A stretch of 64,000 nt of DNA from Octopus vulgaris (GCA_951406725.2 OX597828.1:47430001-47494000), one strand, 5' to 3'. Positions 1 to 14,500 are shown, counted from the first letter of the stretch. The notes: generated from the sequence alone by a model not told the origin. A program made the numbers and translations.

Positions 1-145
1 GCAGACGCACTCATACACATGCAAACACGAATGTTATCATCGTCATCATCGTCGTCATCGTCATCTTAATCATCATCATCGTCATCGTTGTCGTCGTCAT
101 TCTCGCCATCTTTATCTATAAATATATGTGAATGTGTGTGCGTGA

Positions 146-177
<32 letters not shown>

Positions 178-914
178 ATGGAGTTGCGTGTATACACATA
201 TAAGCACATATTTATACACTCGTAAACTCATGTGTTTAAACAGATATTCTTACAGAGACATGCAAACACACACACATGCACACATGCACACACATATACA
301 CACACATGCACTCACACACGTACAAAAGCGTGAAACCCTCCTCTTCATCATCATCATCATCATCATTCATAAATGTATGTATGTGTGTTTGCATGTGTGT
401 GTGTGTGTTTGTGTGTGTGCGTTAGTGTATGTGTGTGCATGTGAGTGTGATGATGACAGTGACCACGAATATAAGGAGGTTAATGTCAACGATGAGGATG
501 AAAATGTTTACATCGATGGCGACAAAGATGAAGAGGGAGGAGGCAGCGGTGGCGGCGGCGGCGGAGGAGGAGGAGGAGGATGACGGTGATGATACTGAAG
601 ATGAAGACGATTAGCCTTCGTTATATTCCTTTTGTAGTTGCGTTTTTTAATAACGATCCACTTATTATCGTTCGCCAGGCGGCTCTAGCAGTCACTTCCG
701 GTCGGTCTTTGTGGCTGTGTAAACACCATTTTACAATGGTGCCCACTCGCGCGCTTCAATTTGCCATTATAGCAATGGGCTTGTTGGGTAATGATGCTTC
801 GAGACAAATCAACAGAGAATCGGACAAACAGACAGACAGGAAAAGAAATAAGAGTAAAGGAAAGGATAGAAAAAGAAAAAGAAAACAGAAAGAATGAACG
901 TACGATAGAATGAA

Positions 915-934
915 TGTAAGATAGATAGATAGAT

Positions 935-990
<56 letters not shown>

Positions 991-998
991 ACAGACAA

Positions 999-1075
<77 letters not shown>

Positions 1076-1432
1076 CAGATAGATAGATAGATAGATATGG
1101 ATAAATTCTTGAAAAATGAAAGAAAAAGTAACTTAGTGACGAAAACAGGAAGACAGGGAGAGAATAAATTGAAAAATAAAATGAATGAGAAATAAATGCA
1201 GAAAAAGTAAAGAAAGAAAGAGAAGAAAGAAAGAAAGAAGGAAGGAAGGGAGGAAGGAAGGAAAGAAGGAAGGAAGGAAGGAAGGAAGGAAGGAAGGAAG
1301 GAAGGAAGGAAGGAAGGAAGGAAGGAAGGAAGGAAGGAAGGAAGAAAGAAAGACAGAAGGAAAGAAAGAAAGAAAAAAGAAAGAAAGAAGGAAAGAAAGA
1401 AAGAAAGAAAGAAAGAAAGAAGGAAGGAAGGA

Positions 1433-1524
<92 letters not shown>

Positions 1525-1688
1525 ATGAATGAAAGAAAGAAAGAAAGCTAGATAAAGAAAGAAAGAAAGAAAGTTTGTTAAAGAAAGAAAGAAGGAAGGA
1601 AGGAAGGAAAGGAAGGAAGAAAGAAAGAAAGAAAGAAAGCTTGTTAAAGAAAGAAAGAAAGAAAGAATGAAAGAGAGAAGGAAAGGAA

Positions 1689-1746
<58 letters not shown>

Positions 1747-1760
1747 AAACTTGTTAAAGA
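915..1760. repeat. (GATA)n, (GA)n, (GGAA)n and (GAAA)n microsatellite block
   Basis: Direct inspection. Confidence 0.95.
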
Positions 1761-2066
1761 AAATTCGAACATAAAGAGAGAACGAGAAAACCTCAATAAG
1801 CAAGGAAGGGGAGACAGAAATGAAAACGCTAAATGTTAGACAAAATGTAGCGATTGGCCACATTGGGAAACCGGAAGTAGGGACACGTACGGAGAAATAT
1901 TACCGGAATGGATATAGTATATAGAATATGATATACAGAATACAGCATATTGAATACAGAGTATGGTATATATATAGATTGCAGAATACATACGAGACCG
2001 AAGATGGTGCATAACGCCAAGTTGCGAAGGAATACGTAGCAGAAGAAATATGCATGTACCATTGTG

Positions 2067-2125
<59 letters not shown>

Positions 2126-2215
2126 TACATACATATATATACATACGCATGTCTATATATATGTATATATAATATATATATAATGTATACACACAACATA
2201 CACACACATACACCA

Positions 2216-2272
<57 letters not shown>

Positions 2273-2577
2273 TATATATATATATATATACATATTGATG
2301 GATGTATATATATGGATGGATGTATACATGTGTACAGAGATGAGGATGGAGATAAGGATGAATGGCAGAATACGTCTGTGTATATGTATACAATATTAAA
2401 TTACAGTATATATATATAGATATGTGTGTGTGTTGGTGTGTGTATACATACACATACATGTATACGAATATAATTAATTACACACACACATACATATATG
2501 TATATATTGCTTGTGTGTATGTATATATATGCATATGAAAATTGTGAGAGAGAGAGAGAAGAGATCCATAAATTACT

Positions 2578-2928
<351 letters not shown>

Positions 2929-3488
2929 GACAGACAAATGTAACATTCTCTCCATTCTTCAGCGGATATTGCCGATCAAATACACACACACACACACACA
3001 CACACATACATACATACACACACATGCACACACTCACGTACGCGCACGCATTACAAACATGCACGCGCGCGTACATTGAAGGAGGGAGGTGCAAGAGAGA
3101 GAGAGAGAAAGACAGCGGTAGCATTCTGGGTAAGATTCTGAAGAGGCGGAAATGCAACGAAAAAAAGAAAAGGCATCGACATAGACGACAACTGCTACAC
3201 CCACTACCGCCGCCGCCGCCGCAACATCAAGAACAACCACCGCAAAATAAAAACTATCCAGTTACAATGGAATCGTTGGATATTTAGACACCACTCACCC
3301 AACCATCACCACCACCACCACCATCACCAACATCACCACCACCACTACCACATAAGGCCTAATTCTCCTGATTCTCTTAACGAAACCGGAAGTACTCACA
3401 TTGACATCAATATATGGACACATGGAGACTTTACAATTTACTTCCACCCGCATTCTATGCGGATATGGACACCACACAAACACACACA

Positions 3489-3521
<33 letters not shown>

Positions 3522-3718
3522 GCGCGCACGCACACACACGCGCGCGCATAACGATCGTACTTGCATATGTGTATACATAGATCTGCACATGTATGTAAAT
3601 ATATACGCTAGTGTGATTGTGCGTGCATATATATATATACGTGATTCTATGATATATCAATAGATGAAGATTGATTGATGGATGAACGTGTAACTATACA
3701 TGCTTGTATATACAATTC

Positions 3719-3767
<49 letters not shown>

Positions 3768-3807
3768 CATGTATATGTATGTATGTATGTTTATACACAC
3801 ACACACA

Positions 3808-3861
<54 letters not shown>

Positions 3862-3953
3862 CATATATATATACACAAATATTTATGTGCGTGTGTTCTG
3901 TCTGTCTGTCTGTGCATGGATATTTTAGCGTCATGATTTTATTAATATTATTA

Positions 3954-3999
<46 letters not shown>

Positions 4000-4008
4000 C
4001 ATTATTAA

Positions 4009-4041
<33 letters not shown>

Positions 4042-4413
4042 TATCATCATCTTCATCACTAGTTTTCTTACGATTCTTGTTACAATTGACGTTCATCTTA
4101 CTCTTGTTGTCTTTATGTTGTCTTTAACTCTGCAGTTTTACCATGATGACGCTCTGATCCTACACGTCTTTCCTTTCCTTACTGTTGACCTTCTTTTTCT
4201 ACTCTTCCCTTCTTCTTCTTCTTCTTCTTCTTCTTCTTCTTCTTCTTCTTCTTCTTCTTCTTCTTCTTCTTCTTTCTTTCTTTCTTTTTTCTCCCAACTT
4301 ATTCTTGTCTTTCTCCTTTTCTCTCTCTCTCTCTCTTCATCATATTCGCCATCTTTACCACCATCCACATATTAAAAAACCCTACATACACTCATGCACG
4401 CACACACACACAT

Positions 4414-4457
<44 letters not shown>

Positions 4458-5282
4458 TCTCACGCACACACACACACAAACCCGTACACACACATATACA
4501 TACATCACCATCATCAGAGTGGTGTTATATCAGTCGCCACAACTTCCTGTTCCATCCTGTGAAAAGACAAGTTCAAGAGTTTTAGCGAATCTTCTTCGCT
4601 GATCGTTTCACACTCACAATGGTGCTTTAGATGTTTTCTTGAAAAATTCCTTCTCGAAATAAATTCTCGGTCTTTGGGGAAGGTTTGTGTTTGTTAGTTT
4701 TTTTCTTTGTTTTTTGTTTTGTTTTGTTTATGCCTATTCTTATTTCATCTTTTACTTTTTTCGATATAATTTTTTTATGTATTCATTTTCGATCTATAGA
4801 TTTATGTCGTATTTTTGTTTGCTCTTCGTTTTTTTTTCTTCTTCTTCACGAATTTTACGTTATTTGATAGCTACAAAAATATAATGGAGATGGCAGTTGT
4901 AAGAGGGACAGTTTAGTAATAGCAATGGAAATGTCAATATCACCCTACTTTACTTACACACTTCACACTTATACCCACACGCACACCTCTATGTTTATTA
5001 TATATACATACATGTGTGTGAGTTTGTACGCATGTTTGTCTGTGTGTATGTACGTATGTATGTATGTACGAAAAGACAGATACAGTGTCGAAACCATAAT
5101 GATTTCTAACAGAGCAGCTGATGACGGTAATTGTACAACTATTAATATTAAATCCTTAGCATTTTGATTTTAATATTTTATACATTATCCATTTTAGGTT
5201 GTTGTTTTGGTTTTCTCGTTTTCTCTCACCTCTTTCTCCCCTCCCTCATCCCCTCTCTCTCCCTTTCGCTCTCCGTCTGTCT

Positions 5283-5337
<55 letters not shown>

Positions 5338-5784
5338 ACTATTAAAACGAACAAAGAGCCTTACAAAAACAACGACCTTGACCTTAACTTATTTTCAGAC
5401 CAAGCCCTAAATTCGGACAGTAACTGGGGTGAAGTTGAGGTCAACGGCACATACCTATAAATAACAACATTCCCCACCTTCCACAAAACACTAACAAAAA
5501 TTTTCTTCTATCAGTTCACTTCGGTGATGACCAAATAGACGGTCCCTGATAAAGCTGCACCGACAATATTGCAAGGTATCATTTACAAAAGTGAGTAGTC
5601 GCCACAACAGAAACACGTGTAGGTAGGTCATTATAATATGTATTATATAACTATAAAATAACTTTTGTGGATCTCCTTACTCTTTGCTGTTATTTATATA
5701 GATATATACACTCCAGACAATTTTTACGAAGAGAACACGGAATTACCCATCGGAAGAACTCACGGTTTGACTAACAAACCACCA

Positions 5785-6013
5785 GGCGAGCTGGCAGAAT
5801 CGGTAGCACGCCGGACGAAATGCTTAGCCGTATTTCGTTTGCCGTTACGTTCTGAGTTCAAATTCCGCCGAGGTCGACTTTGCCTTTCATCCTTTCGGGG
5901 TCGATAAATTAAGTACCAGTTACGCACTGGGGTCGATATGATCGACTAAATCCGGTTGTCTGTCCTTGTTTGTCCCTTCTGTGTTTAGCCCCTTGTGGGT
6001 AGTAAAGAAATAG
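5785..6013 (+). mobile_element. SINE family B with target-site duplication
   Basis: ggcgagctggcagaatc...gagttcaaattcc...gcctttcatcctttcggggtcgataaattaagtaccag. ggtttgactaacaa occurs at 5764-5777 and 6013-6026. Confidence 0.85.
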
Positions 6014-6160
6014 GTTTGACTAACAACTACTTGCAGACACAGAGATTAGATATTGATCGTTGTGGTTAGCTGTTAACTAGGACTTAACAGAGAGCTGATA
6101 CGGTATCTACCTGGATAATATATCATTCTAAACTCACTTTTATATGAATATATATATATA

Positions 6161-6383
6161 TTCTTTTATTCTTTTATTTGTTTCAGTCATTTGACTGTGG
6201 CCATGCTGGAGCACCGCCGTTAATCGAACAAATCGACCTCAGAACTTATTCTTTGTAAGCCTTGTACTTATTCTATCGGTCTCTTTTGCCGAAACGCTAA
6301 GTTATGGGGACGTAAACACACCAGCATCGGTTGTCAAGCGATGGCGGGGATATAAACACAGAGACACAAACATACACACACAC

Positions 6384-6414
<31 letters not shown>

Positions 6415-6550
6415 CGACAGGCTTCTTTCAGTTTCCGTCTACCAAATCCACTCACAAAGCTTTGGTAGGCTCGAGGCTATAGAAGAAGACACTTGCCCAA
6501 GGTGCCACGCAGTGGGTCTGAACCCTGAACCATGTGGTTGGTAAGTAAGC
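6161..6550 (-). mobile_element. SINE family A
   Basis: Reverse-complement match to 25013-25420, head slightly truncated. Confidence 0.85.
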
Positions 6551-6756
6551 ATATATATATACACACACACATGCACATACACATGTATATATGATATAAA
6601 TGATTCGGTTAACTGATCTCGACGAGCTAGGTTTATGTAAGAAGCCGACGAAGCCTTAAGTCGTATGAGGTCAAATCAAACCGTTTTATATAAACAATAC
6701 ATAGATTAAATATATATTATATGTGTGCATGAGTGTCTGTATATATATATATATAC

Positions 6757-6985
6757 ACAATTTATAAGTAAGAGCAAAGGAAAAAATTTTCTAATGCCAA
6801 AATATGCCGAAAATAGACACAACGTCATTACATGGTTATTGACGTTATGTCTATTTTCGGCATATTTTGGCATTTAAAATTTTTTCTTTTGCCCTTACTT
6901 ATAAATTGTTTATAAATTTAACCTTTAAAGGTATTTTTTAATATGCTGGCCATTGATAGAATTTTCTTCGAAAAATTTTATCTTA

Positions 6986-6990
<5 letters not shown>
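6757..6990. mobile_element. Fold-back element in (TA)n (~70-bp imperfect hairpin at 6757-6909 plus tail)
   Basis: acaatttataagtaag...caacgtca pairs with tgacgttatg...cttacttataaattgt. A diverged copy lies in opposite orientation at ~55652-55815. Confidence 0.7.
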
Positions 6991-7057
<67 letters not shown>

Positions 7058-7234
7058 GTTTAAATATTTGTTGTGCAAGATTTTTTATGTGAAGTCGTGT
7101 GTTGAAACAGATATTGTTATATTTCGGAATGGTCATATTGCCAGTTTAGCCAATAAAAACACACGCACTATATATTTGGTGTTATTTTGCTTCAGTGATA
7201 TTTATTTTTTACATTAATCTTAATCTTATTTCGG

Positions 7235-7275
7235 CCAAAAGTTCTTTCGTCACACTCCTGTGACCGCATCAGTGG
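7235..7275 (-). ncRNA. Degenerate hammerhead-like motif in the PLE 3' terminal region
   Basis: Minus strand cca-CTGATGC-g-gtcac(aggagt)gtgac-GAAA-gaacttt-tgg. A9 is replaced by C and stem III is weak. Confidence 0.45.
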
Positions 7276-7592
7276 TCTTTTGTTTTCTTCTCACTTACTT
7301 GTGTCTCTCCTTACTAACCGTCAGCCATTTTGTATTTCTATTGTATGTCTTCATCTGCGCATGCTTATATCTCTATGTGCGTCTATGTTTATTTAGTGTG
7401 TGTGTGGGGGGGATGCCTGTAATATTTGTATCTTCTGGTTATATACATTCTTGTAATTTGTATTTTGTTTTTGTTGTGGTTGCTTTTGTTCTAATTTTGT
7501 TCATGTGTTTACATCCACCCATTATTATCATTACATATGCTTGTATGTATGTATAACAACAATATTAGTAATAATAATAATAAATCTAATTG

Positions 7593-7670
<78 letters not shown>

Positions 7671-7792
7671 CATATATATACACATATACACACACATATA
7701 CACATATACATACACATATACATATATATAGTTATTCATTTCTATTTCTTTAATTATCTGTGTATTTATTATGTTTGCAGGATCCACTATCG

Positions 7793-8755
7793 TCATATGT
7801 TGTGGTGTGCGCTATTGCTCCATTCTAGTTTTCTATTCAGGCTAGGTTTATTTTCTATTATATGTGTAGCTTCTGTAATTTGTCTAATTGTTGCATCTGT
7901 TCTATGTGTGGACAATATCTTAATCTCTATATTATTGATTGATCCCCCGTGTTCTTGTTCAGCGTGTTGGTACAGAATCGATGAGCTTTTACCTTCCTTG
8001 AGTTGTCTCCAATGTTCATTCACCCGCTCACCAATGCTTCTTGCTGTTTCCCCTACGTATGTTACTGTCTTGTTACTGCATCGTCCCTCTATACATCTTA
8101 TACTATAGACCACATTTCTGGCTTTACAGTTTGTTTGTGGGCTAAATCTACATACAGTGCAATAGTTATCCGTACAGAGAGTTCTACTAAAAGGATAGCT
8201 TCTACCAATTATAGATCTGATAGGGTTGCCTGGCTTTTCAACAACCTTAATTCTTAGTTTAAGTTTATTTAGGGTCCTTCTAAAGCGGTACGCCAGTTCA
8301 CCTCCAGGGGTGGTGTCAACGAACATGACACTCTGGTATTTATGGCTATCATACCAAGAGTTGGCCTTCCCTATTTTCTTTTTGTCCTTTCTATAGTGTT
8401 CCATGACTTGTTCCTATAGAGTGGGCAAATCCCATTCCTATCATTACATAATATATTATCAAATTTCTTCATGGCTCCTTTGTATACTCTGACCCTTTCT
8501 TTATGGCTGTAACCTGAGAACTGCATGCGGTGAATGAAATACTGTATGTGTCTCTTTAATTCTGTAGGCTCGCACATGCGTGACACATTTCTCATTATTC
8601 TGACGAGGTCTGCCATCAAAATATTGAATTTGGCATTGCCCGCAATGGCTGAGTTCCGGTGGATCAGGTATTTTGAGGCCATAGGTTTTGCATAGTATGA
8701 ATGAAGGATTTGGGCTTTATTTTTCACAATTTCTAGCCAGAGTTCAGTGTCTAGT
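7793..8755 (-). pseudogene. Inverted copy of the PLE thumb + GIY-YIG region, one frameshift near 8380
   Basis: ORFs 8371-8727 and 7793-8404 give essentially the same peptides as the plus-strand arm, including the intact Cys-rich linker CTDNYCTVC...CKARNVVY. Confidence 0.9.
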
Positions 8756-9937
8756 TCAGTGCCTACTGCAGAAATCCATACTTGTAAACATGTACTCTCG
8801 CTATGTTGATGATATCAATATAGTAGTAAAGGCACCCCCACAAGAGAGTAATGTTGATATAGTAATAGAAACTAATACTATGGAGAGCATCCAGCAAATA
8901 GCTAACTCCATCCACCAGAGTATTAAGGTCACAATAGACTACCCCACTAAACACCCCAACCATAGACTACCAGTACTAGACACTGAACTCTGGCTAGAAA
9001 TTGTGAAAAATAAAACCCAAATCCTTCATTCATACTATGCAAAACCTATGGCCTCAAAATACCTGATCCACCGGAACTCAGCCATTGCGGGCAATGCCAA
9101 ATTCAATATTTTGATGGCAGACCTCGTCAGAATAATGAGAAATGTGTCACGCATGTGCGAGCCTACAGAATTAAAGAGACACATACAGTATTTCATTCAC
9201 CGCATGCAGTTCTCAGGTTACAGCCATAAAGAAAGGGTCAGAGTATACAAAGGAGCCATGAAGAAATTTGATAATATATTATGTAATGATAGGAATGGGA
9301 TTTGCCCACTCTATAGGAACAAGTCATGGAACACTATAGAAAGGACAAAAAAGAAAATAGGGAAGGCCAACTCTTGGTATGATAGCCATAAATACCAGAG
9401 TGTCATGTTCGTTGACACCACCCCTGGAGGTGAACTGGCGTACCGCTTTAGAAGGACCCTAAATAAACTTAAACTAAGAATTAAGGTTGTTGAAAAGCCA
9501 GGCAACCCTATCAGATCTATAATTGGTAGAAGCTATCCTTTAGTAGAACTCTCTGTACGGATAACTATTGCACTGTATGTAGATTTAGCCCACAAACAAA
9601 CTGTAAAGCCAGAAATGTGGTCTATAGTATAAGATGTATAGAGGGACGATGCAGTAACAAGACAGTAACATACGTAGGGGAAACAGCAAGAAGCATTGGT
9701 GAGCGGGTGAATGAACATTGGAGACAACTCAAGGAAGGTAAAAGCTCATCGATTCTGTACCAACACGCTGAACAAGAACACGGGGGATCAATCAATAACA
9801 TAGAGATTAAGATATTGTCCACACATAGAACAGATGCAACAATTAGACAAATTACAGAAGCTACACATATAATAGAAAATAAACCTAGCCTGAATAGAAA
9901 ACTAGAATGGAGCAATAGCGCACACCACAACATATGA
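8756..9937 (+). pseudogene. PLE RT C-terminus + thumb + GIY-YIG endonuclease, one frameshift near 9540
   Basis: YSRYVDD catalytic motif, DYPTKHPNHRLPVLDTELW, KPMASKYLIHRNSA, then VVYSIRC...YVGETARSIGERVNEH...EATHI...PSLN (ORFs 8688-9632 and 9617-9937). Confidence 0.9.
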
Positions 9938-10053
9938 CGATAGTGGATCCTGCAAACATAATAAATACACAGATAATTAAAGAAATAGAAATGAATAACT
10001 ATATATATGTATATGTGTATGTATATGTGTATATGTGTGTGTATATGTGTATA

Positions 10054-10140
<87 letters not shown>

Positions 10141-10141
<1 letters not shown>

Positions 10142-10332
10142 CCATCTTTTCGGTTATCTGGCTATTTTCTGGAAAATAGCCAGATAACCGAAAAGATGGT
10201 GTTGTGGATTTCCACTTCGGCATCTGAGTTTTATCTTGACTACCGAGTAATGTAACATATTGTATAGATAAATTTCCTCTATTTACATAATATTGAGGTC
10301 TCTTTCTTTCTTTTGTTATCTTACCGTTTTAT

Positions 10333-10335
<3 letters not shown>
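10141..10335 (+). mobile_element. Short fold-back element abutting the PLE arm
   Basis: Perfect 29-bp inverted repeat at 10141-10200 (loop tg), unique tail, ends in (TA)n. Confidence 0.65.
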
Positions 10336-10386
<51 letters not shown>

Positions 10387-11034
10387 TTATATAGTCATGT
10401 AGCTTTTCATTGAGTCTGTTGTTTCCGTGTTGCTGTTTAGTCCCGAGCCTACCCTAAAAATCAGTTGGCCTATGACGAAAGACGTCCCAGCCGTGACCAT
10501 ATTATCTTGATTTGAATCGGTATATCTAGAAATTACTCTATTAGACGTGCCCTTACATTTTTAAGATATGAATTGAAGAAAATTCAACTGCTATTTCTAG
10601 AAACTTGAGTGACCACACACAAGTTTGTTTCCATCAATTTTCATGTTTTTCTCTTTTTCTTTTCTTCTGCGGGATTGCTAAAGCACGAAGAAATTAATAA
10701 AAACATAAATAAAAAATAAATAAATGAAGAAAAAAATAAATAAATACAATCGGCAGTAACATAGCAAGGTAACCATCTAACCTACGTGGAATGCTGTCAA
10801 AACTGTGAGTGAAAAGACCCATTCCATTATTGCAACAAAGACAAGACAGTGTGAAGAAGATCAGAGTGTTAAACCTAGCCGAGACTCCAGATGTCAAAAT
10901 GAAGAACTGTCAACTTCCGGTTTTTTGGAGAGATTTCTCTTTATACAAAAGGAAATCTCAGAAATGCCGAAAAGATCAGTAAATACGACACGAAATACTT
11001 TTGAATTCATAGTTAAATGCCTAAGGAGCAACGG

Positions 11035-11062
11035 AGAATAACAATAACAGCAACAACAACTG

Positions 11063-11145
<83 letters not shown>

Positions 11146-11280
11146 AAGAAGAAGAAGAACAACAACAACAACAACAACAACAACAGCAACAGCAACAACG
11201 ACAACGACGACGACGACGGCGGCAGCGACGACGACGGCGGCGGCGACGACGACGACGACGATGATGATGATGATAACAAT
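11035..11280. repeat. In-phase compound trinucleotide tract AAT/AAG/AAC/GAC/GGC/GAT
   Basis: Direct inspection. Confidence 0.95.
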
Positions 11281-11299
11281 CAAAAGGTCTCCGGGACAG

Positions 11300-11510
11300 A
11301 ATGACTGAGTGACCATACTCTGGAATATGTCAATCTACACATACAATGAAATCAATGATAATCGGCCAGATTTTGTTGCCACAGAGACCAGCGGGAAAGA
11401 AAGTGTGCCCTATTCCCATAATCAAAATATGAGCGCCAACAAAACGATCATTTATCTTTAAAAGAAATGGAAAAGATATCCAAAATATAAAGATCTAGAA
11501 ATAACACAGG
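11300..11510 (+). pseudogene. R4/Dong-type LINE restriction-like endonuclease remnant
   Basis: Manual translation gives VTILWNMSIYTYNEINDNRPDFV...KEMEKISK/YKDLEI (frameshifted). Adjacent to an (AAT)n-containing tract. Confidence 0.7.
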
Positions 11511-14500
11511 ATAAGTCATTGTTACAAGAGGAAATCTTCTCACTTCTGACTATCAAACACTCACTATATCTCAACAATGAAATTACGATATCTTATTGAA
11601 TTTGGAGAGAAAATAACCCCGATCAAAATGTAACGGAGCATTCCGTTACACTATCTAACTTAAGAAGATACATTCTTTACGCCGACAAGAATACCTGAAA
11701 TCCAAATAGGACAATTTATAGAAAGGCTGTATTCTTTAGTCTTAAACAGTGGAATTATAAAATAAATAAAAGACAATAAAACTGGTAAATTTTTGAAGTT
11801 CAATTGAAAATTGAGAAACTGATCCAAATATTTTGTAGGACATTAATGAAACTTATATAGGAGTGGTTTTTCATATACACGTGTGATATATCTTATCAGA
11901 CACCTGTTTGGAAAATTATTGCAACTTGCTATTACACTCATGAGCTTTGGTGAAGACGTATAGGATTTTGGAAATTTGGTTTGGAAATCTAGTGAATCCA
12001 AGAACTTGGTTTCGTATCTTATTGATAGCTTTGGTAAAATTAATAAGGAACACTAATGTGAACGTAGAAGGATATCATAACCGATTTCCTGTCCAAAACA
12101 TTTTTATAAGTTTGCCCTAAATATTCACGTTTGTTAGCCCTCGTTTTATACGTTCTGATTAATATAATGCTTTCCATTCATAAGTACGAAGTTATTCTGG
12201 TTTTGAAAACAAAATTGGAGATGTGTATCATATATGATGCACGGATCCAGAGAAATACGTTCTGTGTATCACGTGATATATACAGGACAAGGAAAGAGTT
12301 AACACATTTCCAAACGAATGTTTGAAATTTTAATAAATTGAGCAACTGGAATGCTTTGTATCTTGAGGAATAAACTGTTTCACTTCATATATTACAATAA
12401 ATGTTACCCTTAAGATAATCCCCTTGGTATTATCTTTGAACACTTATAACCATAATAAATTTATTAATCAAGAAGAGTTAAGCATTTCTTCTTGGATTGC
12501 GTTGTCATAATTATTGTTTTATTTTGTTCTTTGCTGGGGTTTCTTTTCTTTTACTGCGAAATTCAAGAATATGTGAGAAAAGAGACTGAACAAATTAAAG
12601 AATTAACTGATTTCTAAAATAATGACACTGTAAAACCATCTTATGCTTTAAAGCAACAACTGATGTGGTTTTCTGTCTTAATCAGTTCCAAGTAAAAGAA
12701 AATATCTACAGAAGCCGAACAAGCTACTTTATTATTTCCAGCCAACCCAGTTCATTACAAGTTAAACCTGCTTGAAATAGCAGATAAATCTATCTTAAAA
12801 CCACCCTTCATCTTAAAAAAAGAGGGACTCAATGGAAATTGTTATCCCAGATATGCAGTGCCGGATAAAAGGAGCGTCTCGATAGTCGTTGTTTTAACTC
12901 CTGTATTAGTCTACAATCCAAATATGTTGTAGGAGGAATTACAACCGTGTTTTGTGGTCTGCTACCACAACAGCTCCTTTATAGGATCCAGTTAGCTGAA
13001 GACATCATCAGGAGGAACCACGTCCGGTTTCGGACCCTACTCCTCTACCGTTTTGACGTGGCGGCCCCCACCGCCCTTCGGAGGTGTCTTCAGCTCTGTT
13101 GTAATTCCAACCTTTTCTCTAAGCATTCCACTCTACGAACATATAATCCACTGCCCTTTCTTTACTATTTTTTAAGACAGAAAAGTTATATTTTGAAACG
13201 AAATTCAGCTATTGTTTCTAGTATGGCACACAACTGCATAGAGGCTCTTTTAGTTTGTTGACCGAGTCAGAGCTAGCTTGTTTGTATGTATATCGCGAAG
13301 ACCAGTGAGTTTTCGTCGTAGAAATAAGTTAGATCATGTCAGGGGATGCGAACTTGCGATTATTTTAGACTTACACCAGTGACTTAACGATATGTCTACC
13401 TCCGACATATTTTTAACAATAAAAAATATGATCATATTTCTTTTGCCCCGGGGCTCCGTGTTGCCTGTATTGCAGCTTTTCTGCTGATATCTCTCTCTTC
13501 ACTCAACATTTATAATATTTATCAAACCATTATTTGCACATTGCCATTCGATCTTCTATTATATTTTTTCACTTTTAGTTTCCTTTCTTTTAATATTCTT
13601 CATATTTACTCATATACACATACATACGTACATTACATACTTCCATGCACACATATATATAAATATATGTAAATATATATGTGTGTATGTATGTATGAAT
13701 GTACGTATACATGCACATATGCCTGTACACACATCACATATACGTATGTGTATATTCTTTACTTGCTTTTTTTTCAAATATTTCTGCATATAAACTCTAT
13801 ATGGACCATCATATATATGGAATATATATGTGTTGATACCTATCCATCTATTTATTTATTAATGTGTGAGTATTTGTACATACACACACACGGACAGACA
13901 TGCACAGATACGCACGCACACACAGTATGTATATATATATATATTTATATATGTTCATACATATATATATATACATATATATACATATATATGTGTGTGT
14001 GTGTAAGTATGTATGTGTGTATATATATATACATATATATATATGTATATACATATATACATACATATATGTATATTTACGAATGTATGAATAAATATAT
14101 ACGTGTGGATATCATGCATATGTGTATTTGTATGCCTATACATATGCAGTCATACACACATTCATATGGATATACAATTATATACACATGTATGATGTAT
14201 ATGCATGCATACACGTGCATACATAGAAGCATGCATACATGTACACACATGCACACAACAAAAGGAAATAAAACAACGCATATATTCCATAAACCACGGG
14301 GTTGTGATTTTTACCGTCTTCACACCATTGCACTCGCCTGCCCACCTACCTACCTACCTACCTGCCTGCCTGCTTGCTCGATCGTCTGCTCGGTTGCCTG
14401 CTCACTTTCTAACTGCAGCAAATATTTTGTCTTTCGCTACTTCGCCTCAGGAACTACGTTCTATGACGTCAAATAACAAAAGAATTTCAATAAAACATGA

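Larger units (their letters stand above)
7057..10139. mobile_element. Penelope-like retroelement (probably Naiad clade), 5'-truncated, inserted as an inverted duplication
   Basis: Arms 7593-8755 and 8975-10139 are near-perfect reverse complements around a 219-bp spacer. They encode the RT C-terminus, thumb and GIY-YIG endonuclease. The minus-strand arm continues through a 3' terminal region (7057-7592) to a (TA)n tract. Confidence 0.9.

Noticed and set aside
685-1863. 392-aa ORF and the many YI/CV/HT/LS-type ORFs throughout the window
   Set aside because: Translations of microsatellites.
5085-5130. Type II hammerhead (GAAA...CTGATGA)
   Set aside because: No compatible stems I-III.
9930-9990. 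Selenocysteine readthrough or SECIS in the Naiad-like element
   Set aside because: No in-frame TGA in the visible coding part. The terminal TGA is followed by TAG two codons on, and the ATGA...AA spacing does not fit a SECIS. The missing 5' part cannot be judged.
13003-13040. Hammerhead on the minus strand (GAAA and CTGATGA both present)
   Set aside because: Only about 4 nt are available for stem I, and stem II does not close.
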